Below are positions 1 to 7,634 of a stretch of 23,285 nt of DNA, in pieces; the first letter of the stretch is position 1, and each line of letters begins with the position of its first letter. Below the pieces are notes generated by a model that searched no databases, had not been told where the DNA came from, and saw only the letters and a program-made list of their open reading frames with translations. Location of the stretch: positions 1 through 23,285 of the forward strand of contig JBBSQY010000049.1 in the NCBI GenBank assembly GCA_038243585.1, written 5' to 3'. The stretch comes from Candidatus Sumerlaeales bacterium (lineage in GTDB: Bacteria > Sumerlaeota > Sumerlaeia > Sumerlaeales > Sumerlaeaceae). Made by a program: the position numbers and the translations under genes.

Positions 1-477
1 ATTCCGCCGGTCCTGCGTAGCACCGTCTATTAAGCTAGCGTGTGCGAGACGATCGAAAAATATCGGCACACGAGAATCATCGGCTCGTAAGGACAGAGCT
101 TGGATTGCCCCCTGACATGCTAGATAACCGGAAGAAAACACAAGGGCGGCATCCGTTGATTTAAGAGCGGCCAGAGCTGTTTCCAGTTCGAAATGGATCG
201 GTAAGGTGCCACAAACAAGCCTCGAAGCGCTGCAACCGGATCCATATTTCTCTATGGCGTCCTTTGCGCCTTTTTTTACCAGGGGGTGTTGCGCCAGATC
301 AAGGTAATCGTTGGAAGCGAAATTGATAATTTTCGTATCTTCGGTTGGCTGAGACGGTCCTCCCCCTGACTCGGCTACGTTGCAGACTGCGTCATTGCGA
401 AGGCGATGAGCGCTGTCCAGTCCTCGAAGGCGATCATGAGCCTGCGTCCATACAGCCTTCGAATCAGGGCCGGTCAA
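1..477 (-). CDS. bioF: 8-amino-7-oxononanoate synthase-like PLP aminotransferase class II (5' part; runs off window start)
   Basis: Not in the ORF track. My translation of the minus strand from TTG at 477 is open to position 1: MTGPDSKAVW...KIINFASNDYLDLAQHPLVKKGAKDAIEKYGSGCSASRLVCGTLPIHFELETALAALKSTDAALVFSSGYLAC...IFFDRLAHASLIDG. The NFASNDYL, GSGxSASRLVCG, FSSGY and DRLxHASLIDG motifs are typical of BioF/Kbl. The start overlaps the clpS stop (TTGA). Confidence 0.88.
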   Translation of the reverse strand, partial: MTGPDSKAVWTQAHDRLRGLDSAHRLRNDAVCNVAESGGGPSQPTEDTKIINFASNDYLDLAQHPLVKKGAKDAIEKYGSGCSASRLVCGTLPIHFELETALAALKSTDAALVFSSGYLACQGAIQALSLRADDSRVPIFFDRLAHASLIDGATQDRRN

Positions 478-809
478 ACGCGTTCGACGCTTACAACCAA
501 CAAAATTTCTCGAAGGACGGATGCAACATCATCAGCGGTAGACTGGTCAGCTATAACGACGGTGGCTGACCCCCTGGTATGGGCCCGTAGCATAATATCC
601 ACAGCCATATCCAGTTCACATTTGAGCGCCTTCAAAATCTGGCCCACCACTTCATCAATGGAATGGAAATCGTCGTTAAACAAGGTGACGCGAAAACCCT
701 CTCCCGCAAAGTGCTCAGGGTCGTCAGCAGGCGCTCCTACCGGGGCAGGTAACACCTGTGGCAGTATATTTGAGTTTCTGTGTGATATGTCGGATTGTTT
801 TTTGTACAT
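474..809 (-). CDS. clpS: ATP-dependent Clp protease adaptor ClpS
   Basis: FRVTLFNDDFHSIDEVVGQILKAL...AVDIMLRAHTRGSATV matches the ClpS core (VxLxNDDx..., A..IM..xH..G.A.V), after a low-complexity N-terminal extension. The exact start is uncertain. Confidence 0.85.
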   Translation of the reverse strand: MYKKQSDISHRNSNILPQVLPAPVGAPADDPEHFAGEGFRVTLFNDDFHSIDEVVGQILKALKCELDMAVDIMLRAHTRGSATVVIADQSTADDVASVLREILLVVSVERV

Positions 810-870
810 ACTTGAGTTTATGTTTTACCGCTTGATACCGCATCATAATCACGAAATAGACCTTTAGCTG

Positions 871-1686
871 ATGGCAGACGATGAATTACGCATAATCCGG
901 ATGACCCTTGAGTATGACGGGACTGATTATGCCGGGTGGCAGCGACAGGATAATTGTAAGACCGTGCAGCAGACGATAGAGAACGCGCTGGCGAGCCGTC
1001 TTAATGAGCCTATCCAGGTAATAGCAAGCGGCCGAACAGACAGCGGCGTTCATGCTATGGGGCAGGTGATCAGCTTTTCGACCAGTTCCACAATTGACGC
1101 TAAGGCTATTGGAAAAGGACTTTTCCGATATTTGCCTCGGGATATATCGATAATTGAAACGCGGGACGCCCCGGCAGGCTTTGATGCTCGACGCTCCGCG
1201 CGGATGCGGTGGTACCGGTTCATGATATGTAATCGCTCGCCCCGTCCCGCCGTTGGAAATCGCTATCTGACCCACATTCATCAACGCCTTGATTTCGACC
1301 TGATGAACGAAGCAGCAGCGCTGTTCACGGGTGATCATGATTTCACTGCATTTCGGTCTTCTAAATGCACCGCGCCGCGCACAGTACTTACCATGCAGCC
1401 AATCACGATCACTCAATTACCAGAAAACATCGTTCAATTTGATTTCAAATGCAGGTCTTTTCTACATAATATGGTGCGCATTCTGACCGGAACTTTAATC
1501 TCGGTTGGAAAAGGCCGGCTCACCATACATGACGTAAAGGTTATGCTGGAAACGCGCAATCGCCATCTGCAGGCGGTCACGGTTCTACCTAATGGCCTTT
1601 GCCTGTATCGGGTGTTATACGACGAGGATATGGAGCCGCTCGAAGATTGGGTTCAGCCCGGACTGGTCAGCTTAGCCGGGGACTAG
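871..1686 (+). CDS. truA: tRNA pseudouridine(38-40) synthase
   Basis: Motifs YDGTDYAGWQRQ, ASGRTDSGVHAMGQV (catalytic Asp), GDHDFTAF and SFLHNMVRILTG. Confidence 0.97.
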   Translation: MADDELRIIRMTLEYDGTDYAGWQRQDNCKTVQQTIENALASRLNEPIQVIASGRTDSGVHAMGQVISFSTSSTIDAKAIGKGLFRYLPRDISIIETRDAPAGFDARRSARMRWYRFMICNRSPRPAVGNRYLTHIHQRLDFDLMNEAAALFTGDHDFTAFRSSKCTAPRTVLTMQPITITQLPENIVQFDFKCRSFLHNMVRILTGTLISVGKGRLTIHDVKVMLETRNRHLQAVTVLPNGLCLYRVLYDEDMEPLEDWVQPGLVSLAGD

Positions 1687-1690
1687 CCCG

Positions 1691-3448
1691 TTACTTCCGA
1701 AGGTGCATCGGCCCTTCTTCACCGGCATCGACCATTCTGGCTTGATGCTCAGCACGGGTAAGAGCTTCGTCAGGAGTCCGGAAAAGCATTCCAACCAGAA
1801 ATACCGTCGATGCCCCAACCAGCGCAAACCAGGTAAACGCGATTGTCACGCGGTTGTCCTGCCATTCCCGCAAGCCCTTTGTTACTTCCCAATTCGGAAC
1901 TATGAGTTCCAGAAATACTACGTGCAAGCCGCCTAGATAGATGGTTACGATAAGTCCGATGGTGATAGCGATCATGTTTCCAGTGTCGGACCCGCGCCGC
2001 TTCGTCAGCATGCCCAACAGAAATACCCCAAGCATTGGACCGAGGATAAAGCCCGCGACGCCTAGCACCACCGGCAGAATCCTCACATCCGGGTCATTTA
2101 CCTTGGCGTAGGCGAAAGCCACTGCCACGCTGATCATAAGGATGGCGAAAACTCCAGTAAAGAATCGCGCCGCCGCCACCTGATGAGCCTCTGTTTGCTT
2201 TTGGTTGGCGTAGGGAATGTACCAGTCGTTGGTTGCGCTGGTCGCCAGGGAGTTTAGAGCCGCACTCAGCGAGCCCATTGTCGTAGCAAAAACTCCCGCA
2301 AGCACGAGACCACGAATGCCTGTCGGCATGACATTCAGAATGTAAGATCCGAACACATCCGCGTTTGATGACGGTTTAAAGGTTGGGTCCTGCTGATAAT
2401 AGACGTAAAGTAAAATGCCGATAAAAGTAAAGACCGCGAAAATCGGGATATCCATCAGTGCGGCAGTAATCAGGCTCCGGCGGCTTTTCTGGTAGGTTTC
2501 GGCCGTCAGCATCCGCTGCACCATGTCCTGGTCCGTACCGAAGGCTGCCATGTTGCCCACGGTGCCGCCAATGATCGCAGAGAACAGTGTGTACTCGCTG
2601 AACAGAATCAGCTTTAAATATTCCCAGACGGTCATCGCGGAAATACTGTGTTTTACCTGCCAGGCTCCAACGGCAGAGGGTTCGAAGCCTGTTTTTAAAT
2701 AACCAGTTATCTGCTTCATCTGGGGCACTGCGTCTCCCAAGGCCCGGAAGCCATTAAGCAGGTTCCAGCTGTCACCACCTACATGATACAAGAGGGTAGC
2801 CACGGCCACAAGCGCGCTGCCAAACATGATTGTCGCTTGAATTACATCAGTCCAAATAACTGCCTTTATTCCGCCCAGAGCCGTGTAAATAAACGTAATG
2901 ACAGTGAGCGCAAGGATGGACCAGAAGTACGGCCATACGCTCTGAATGGCGCTTTCGCTATACTGCACGCTTGATTCACGATCGACAAAAAGCTTCCAGG
3001 CCAGCACGACAACTATAGAAGGCACGAATAAGCGGGTACCGCTCGCCAAAGTGCGCATGACCAGAAACATAGCTGAAACGTAATTTTTGCTTTTGCTGCC
3101 AAACCGAATCGCCAGGTAATCGTAAACCGTGTAAACTTTGTAACGATAGTAAGGTTTCAGGAAAACATAACCCACTAGTACCCGGCCAAGAATCAATCCG
3201 AAAACCAGTTGAACGTAAGCCAGACTTTGGTCCTTATACCCCTCTCCTGGCGCGCCCAGAAATGTCGCTGCACTGGTTTCAGCGGCAATGAGAGATGCCA
3301 TGACCGCCCACCAGGGAACGTTGCGCCCGCCGAGGGCAAAATCATGTAGAGAGTTTTCTCTGCGTCCAACATAGAGGCCAATGGCAACGATGCCAAAGAA
3401 GTAAACAAGGATAATGGCAGCGTCTATTATGATTCCGGTAGTGGACAA
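1691..3448 (-). CDS. Sodium:solute symporter (SSS family); substrate unknown
   Basis: Many hydrophobic helices; motifs DFALGGRNVPWW, AAETSAATFLGAPG, YTALGGIKAVIWTDVIQ, GTDQDMVQRML and MGSLSAALNSLAT. TTG start preceded by GAGGTG. Confidence 0.93.
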   Translation of the reverse strand: MSTTGIIIDAAIILVYFFGIVAIGLYVGRRENSLHDFALGGRNVPWWAVMASLIAAETSAATFLGAPGEGYKDQSLAYVQLVFGLILGRVLVGYVFLKPYYRYKVYTVYDYLAIRFGSKSKNYVSAMFLVMRTLASGTRLFVPSIVVVLAWKLFVDRESSVQYSESAIQSVWPYFWSILALTVITFIYTALGGIKAVIWTDVIQATIMFGSALVAVATLLYHVGGDSWNLLNGFRALGDAVPQMKQITGYLKTGFEPSAVGAWQVKHSISAMTVWEYLKLILFSEYTLFSAIIGGTVGNMAAFGTDQDMVQRMLTAETYQKSRRSLITAALMDIPIFAVFTFIGILLYVYYQQDPTFKPSSNADVFGSYILNVMPTGIRGLVLAGVFATTMGSLSAALNSLATSATNDWYIPYANQKQTEAHQVAAARFFTGVFAILMISVAVAFAYAKVNDPDVRILPVVLGVAGFILGPMLGVFLLGMLTKRRGSDTGNMIAITIGLIVTIYLGGLHVVFLELIVPNWEVTKGLREWQDNRVTIAFTWFALVGASTVFLVGMLFRTPDEALTRAEHQARMVDAGEEGPMHLRK

Positions 3449-3621
3449 TTGAACAACACCTCAGGGGAGTGGACCGTTTTGGTGGCCGAGTAGACTCACG
3501 AGCGCTACAGTGCAGCGGTTGATCAAGAATTAAATGCAGGGTTATTGCGGATGAGGCGCAACATATTGAAAATGACAAACTTCTTACGTGGCGCTTTTAA
3601 GAGATGTCACCACTATGCCTA

Positions 3622-3942
3622 TTAAACTTCCCATACTTCAAAGGCGAAATAAGGATTGCCTGAAGTGTCGAAAGTTGATTCGCTCGTGCGGTAAATAGGC
3701 TGGTTTAATTTGGTGCGTTCCAAGCTTAAATCTGCTCGGATTGCGTCTGCTACATCGGCTAGTTCCAAAAGGGTATCGGCAGGTTTTACTGTGCCTGGAC
3801 GCAACGCAATTGTGATCCGTGCGCCGTCCTCTGTTCGCCGCGCTTCCACTACGACAGCCCATTCGCACTTCTGATTGGATTGCCGCGCTACACCGTTGGC
3901 TAACATCCGCACATGGCTCAATACCTTGTCTGTCATTCCCAT
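3622..3942 (-). CDS. Hypothetical protein (106 aa)
   Basis: Fills the gap upstream of the symporter on the same strand and has globular-looking composition. No family recognised. Confidence 0.55.
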   Translation of the reverse strand: MGMTDKVLSHVRMLANGVARQSNQKCEWAVVVEARRTEDGARITIALRPGTVKPADTLLELADVADAIRADLSLERTKLNQPIYRTSESTFDTSGNPYFAFEVWEV

Positions 3943-3958
3943 GGATGATGCAGAAACC

Positions 3959-3978
3959 TGAACAATGTCAAATGTTCA
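3959..3978. promoter_or_regulatory. Operator-like inverted repeat TGAACA-N8-TGTTCA enclosing a minus-strand TTGACA
   Basis: TGAACA (3959-3964) and TGTTCA (3973-3978) flank TGTCAA (3966-3971), which reads TTGACA on the minus strand, just upstream of the 106-aa ORF. Confidence 0.35.
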
Positions 3979-4149
3979 AAGATCACGCATTGTCTCTGGA
4001 ATTACCTAAAAGGGCAGAGTCGATATTAACGGCCGTATTGCTGATTATATTAAGTTTATAGCCAGCTTGCTTCGCTGTGGCATTGTTACTGCGTTATTAT
4101 TAAGCTCAAACACGAACCGGACAATCTGAGTATATCGGAGGCAATCACT

Positions 4150-4500
4150 ATGAACATTAAAATCTTGATCCCTGCCCTTGCCATAGCCATCGGCACCATG
4201 GGCGTCTCACCAGTCGACGTAATCGCAAAGCCGAAAAAAAATAAAAAAGCTTATAATAAAAAGGCTTATAAGGAAAGTCAAAAGTATCACAAAAATCATT
4301 ACAAACAATCCCACAATCACGGCCATTATAAAGACGTTAAAATTAAATATGAGAGGCCGGATTACGACAGAGAAAGCTATGGTATCTATTCCACTCCAGG
4401 CGGTGGCCTTGGCTTCTACTACTCTGAAAGCGAAGGCCCTGGCTATGGCTATCCCAATGGCTATGGCTATCCGTATGGATACGGATCTAGATATTACTAA
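4150..4500 (+). CDS. Hypothetical exported protein, Lys/His-rich middle and Gly/Tyr-rich tail
   Basis: GGAGG ribosome-binding site before the ATG; signal-peptide-like N-terminus MNIKILIPALAIAIG; terminator downstream. Confidence 0.8.
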   Translation: MNIKILIPALAIAIGTMGVSPVDVIAKPKKNKKAYNKKAYKESQKYHKNHYKQSHNHGHYKDVKIKYERPDYDRESYGIYSTPGGGLGFYYSESEGPGYGYPNGYGYPYGYGSRYY

Positions 4501-4572
4501 CTAATATCTGGTTACGAACAAAGATCATGCTTTTTTAGCACCGGTAATGGTATAAAGTGGTTTTCTGAAAAT

Positions 4573-4606
4573 GGTTTCGGGCCTAAACACCCGAAACCCT
4601 TTTTTT
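4573..4606 (+). terminator. Intrinsic terminator
   Basis: GGTTTCGGG-cctaaaca-CCCGAAACC followed by C and a run of 7 T. Confidence 0.75.
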
Positions 4607-4611
4607 GCCAA

Positions 4612-5392
4612 GGCAATGGAGCGTAGCGTAATGTGTACAATTCTGCCGGGGCGCTTATACGCAGAGGCAGCCAGTTGCCAACCCCGTTTCTTACTACTAA
4701 CCGGGACGCTCCCTGGCGATAGAGCCGCTCCAGTAAGGAATCATCAGCGGTCCTGCTCCAATTTGAGGTGTAAGCATGAGCTGTGTCCGCTATGGGTGTG
4801 GCCTGCTAGAGTAATAGGAATTCCCATCGCCGCAGCGGGTCAAATGCATGGGGATGGCGGGCCACCAGTATGCTGAAGGCTTCCGGGTTGATAGAATCTC
4901 GCATTAGGCGAGGTTTTTTCCGCTCCGGCATCATCAGAGTGATCACGCTGTGCTTCTGTAGCGTCCCATCGCAAGCCACGCATCTGAACATCGCGGCCCC
5001 GCATGCTTACACTCGCGAAATCATTAATCAGCAATGCAAGGCCCGCATCTTTTATGCATGCGCCGCACTGCATCGATGGCTCAACGCAGATCGCCGCAAA
5101 GATTTTTTCCCTATATGGCAAGTTCAGCAACCGCGATCAGGGCTGTGACTATAGGGATTATTAATAGGCGCCAGATATACGCCATGCCGAGTGTAATTGG
5201 CGGCGGCCCGACTTTTAGTTGTGCCCCACGAAACGACATCATCCAAAGAAAGTGGGACAGCATTAATAGGAAGAACGCTGTGATTAGACCACGCCACCTG
5301 GCTTTTTGGGGGAATGCTCCGGTGCGCCACCACGCCCATAAAAACCACGCAACATCAAGCAAGGGATCGGCCAATTATATAAACCTGATCAT
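4612..5392 (-). pseudogene. Degraded membrane-anchored YkuE/YaeI-type metallophosphoesterase
   Basis: Joining frames gives MIRFI*LADPLLDVAWFLWAWW (transmembrane region)...IKDAGLALLINDFASVSMRGRDVQMRGLRW.../PEAFSILVARHPHAFD/AAAMGIPITLAGHTHSG/QLMLTPQIGAGPLMIPYWS/LYRQGASRLVVRNGVGNWLPLRISAPAE/VHITLR. There are at least five frame changes plus in-frame stops, and the DxH, GD and GNH motifs were not found. Confidence 0.85.
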
Positions 5393-5591
5393 AGCAGCAG
5401 GTACAATCCTGCATGTGGAGTTGTATTAAAAAGCACTGTTACTATCCCAATTCTATTTCGACCAGCGATAGCGATCGCGGCAACAAACCAAAATTTTCTT
5501 TGGAAGGTAGTTGATTCCTCTTGATGGTCTTAAACTTATAAGGTTTAAAGTGGAAGTATTGCACCATTATTTTACAAGGATTGTTTCATCT

Positions 5592-6038
5592 ATGTTTAAG
5601 AAGATTGTTCCGGTCGCCATGCTAATCGGTCTCGCCGCAAGCGCCTCTGCCCAGTTCCCTAACGACGTTGGGTCGGAAATAGCCAGTGACTTTACCAGCT
5701 ATAAAGCCAGTAAAAATGGTGCTGTTAAGGTTCAGTTTACTTCAATCGCCACCTATTTTACGCCGAGCGTTACCGACCCGAAGCAGATTTTGAAATCGAA
5801 AGCTTCTGGCACAATCCGGTTCTTTGTCTCTTCTAATAAGACTTTGTCTGACGATGATAGACTTCTTTCGTCTAAAAATCTAAAGCTAAAGGCATTTAGG
5901 CCAAAGTTTATAAAAGCGAAAGCCAACCTGACTGCTGAGGACAAGGGGCGCTATTTATTGTCGGTGGTCGACAGCCCTCAGGATCAGTACGCAGCCAACA
6001 ATGTGGATTCTTCCTGGATCCCTTTCGACGCGTTTTAA
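5592..6038 (+). CDS. Secreted hypothetical protein, CARDB/Ig-like domain
   Basis: Start moved to ATG 5592 (AAGGA upstream; signal peptide MFKKIVPVAMLIGLAASASA). IRFFVSSNKTLSDDDRLL...GRYLLSVVD...ANN resembles the CARDB pattern. Confidence 0.75.
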   Translation: MFKKIVPVAMLIGLAASASAQFPNDVGSEIASDFTSYKASKNGAVKVQFTSIATYFTPSVTDPKQILKSKASGTIRFFVSSNKTLSDDDRLLSSKNLKLKAFRPKFIKAKANLTAEDKGRYLLSVVDSPQDQYAANNVDSSWIPFDAF

Positions 6039-6056
6039 AAAAAAACTTTTATTGTC

Positions 6057-6101
6057 AGCCCCGGGAAAACTCGAAAGAGTTTCCCGGGGCTTATTTTATT
6101 T
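6057..6101. terminator. Intrinsic terminator between convergent genes, possibly bidirectional
   Basis: AGCCCCGGGAAAACTC-GAAA-GAGTTTCCCGGGGCT (one bulged A) followed by TATTTTATTT. Confidence 0.8.
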
Positions 6102-6102
6102 G

Positions 6103-7539
6103 TTACCGCGCTCCCACAGGACGTAAGCCAGAGCCTTTTGCACCAGTCAAAGAGTCGCCCAGCTCTTTGCGGGCTTCTTCAATGTATCCCTGCAGCCGTT
6201 TGGTAATCTTTGGATGATCGCGCATCACGTTTTTTTGTTCGCCCGGATCAGTCTCCACATTATAGAGTGCAGCAGGAATAGTTACAGCGGCCAGTTCTCC
6301 TGCAGGATCTTTCCGGTACACGTCTTCATTGCGCAGGTTGTTCTCCACGCGTAGTTTCCATGGGCCGCTTCTTACGCCGTGTAGCTGATTCCCGAAATAG
6401 TAAAAGAACTTTTCCCTGGGCGAGTCGAGAGCAGGACTTTGGAGCAGCGCGGTAATGTCGACGCCGTCAATGGTGGGGGACGTAGGCATATCAGCGCCGG
6501 CCAAGGCCGCGAACGTGGGCAGAATATCCATATTTGAAGCAAGCTGCCTGCTGACGGTTCCAGCGGGAATGGTGTCCGGCCAACGCATAATGCAGGGGAC
6601 CCGCATGCCGCCGTCGTAGGTTGTTCCTTTGCCGGCGCGGAGCGGCGTGGCCGATCCACCCTGTTCGCCGCGAATCAGCCAAGGGCCGTTGTCTGAGAAA
6701 AACATGACCAGCGTGCGGTCGTCAATACCCAGTTCCTTTACCGTATCCAGTATCTGGCCGACACTCCAGTCGAGCTCCTGCACGGCATCGCCATAGGGGC
6801 CTCGTGGCGACTTTCCTTTAAATTGGGGAGAGGCGCCCAGTGGCGTGTGTGGCATTACATGGGCCAGATAAAGGAAAAATGGTTTGTCTTTTTGTTCGCG
6901 AATATAGGAGACAGCTTCCGTGGTCAGGCGCTGAGTAATCAGGTCGTTGTCAGGTTGCTCTGGAAGGCGCTCCGTTCCGCGCAGGTAGTAAAACGGTTTC
7001 ATGTCGTTGCTGTAGGGCACGCCGAACAGGAAATCGAATCCGTGATTTATCGGGTTAAATTTATCAGCGTCACCCAAGTGCCACTTGCCCACCATCCCGG
7101 TGGAGTATCCGGCGATTTTGAGAATTTCCGGAAGAGTATTTTCCGCGGGATTCAGTCCGAACGGGGAATTGGGGTGAACTACCTGGCCGGGAGAATAGCG
7201 TCCGTTTACGTTGGCGAGATTGTCTCCGAATCCAACCCGTGCCGGATAGGATCCAGTAAGCAATGCCGCGCGGGATGGGGTGCAACTGGCGGCGACGTAG
7301 AAATCGGTGAAGCGAGCCCCCTGCTCCGCCATCTTATCCAGCCGGGGAGTTTTAATATTAGGCGAACCAAAGCAGCCAAGATCGTTGTATCCTAGGTCAT
7401 CCGCCAGAATGATGATAAAGTTGGGCTTCGTGGTGGTGGAATCGTCCGCGATTGAATATGCACCAGTTGACATCGCGACGGTGGCAAAGGTCGCGGTGAC
7501 GGCAATCAGGCGCGGCAGGACAAGTTTGAGATCCGGCAT
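6103..7539 (-). CDS. Formylglycine-dependent sulfatase (arylsulfatase A-like), exported
   Basis: Motifs PNFIIILADDLGY, CTPSRAALLTG (CxPxR), GYSTGMVGKWHLG, SDNG and GKGTTYDGGMRVP; signal-like N-terminus. Confidence 0.95.
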   Translation of the reverse strand: MPDLKLVLPRLIAVTATFATVAMSTGAYSIADDSTTTKPNFIIILADDLGYNDLGCFGSPNIKTPRLDKMAEQGARFTDFYVAASCTPSRAALLTGSYPARVGFGDNLANVNGRYSPGQVVHPNSPFGLNPAENTLPEILKIAGYSTGMVGKWHLGDADKFNPINHGFDFLFGVPYSNDMKPFYYLRGTERLPEQPDNDLITQRLTTEAVSYIREQKDKPFFLYLAHVMPHTPLGASPQFKGKSPRGPYGDAVQELDWSVGQILDTVKELGIDDRTLVMFFSDNGPWLIRGEQGGSATPLRAGKGTTYDGGMRVPCIMRWPDTIPAGTVSRQLASNMDILPTFAALAGADMPTSPTIDGVDITALLQSPALDSPREKFFYYFGNQLHGVRSGPWKLRVENNLRNEDVYRKDPAGELAAVTIPAALYNVETDPGEQKNVMRDHPKITKRLQGYIEEARKELGDSLTGAKGSGLRPVGAR

Positions 7540-7634
7540 TTCTTTTCCCTTATCTATCTAATGTGCGGGAATGGCGCCCGCGGTGCCGCGTTTATACGAA
7601 AGTCGCATTGTAATACTATGCGATGAAATGCGGA

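Noticed and set aside
345..867. Plus-strand ORFs 345..569 and 406..867
   Set aside because: They are antisense to bioF and clpS and show no motifs.
4571..5429. Several overlapping 60-130 aa ORFs as independent genes
   Set aside because: They are fragments or antisense shadows of the phosphoesterase pseudogene.
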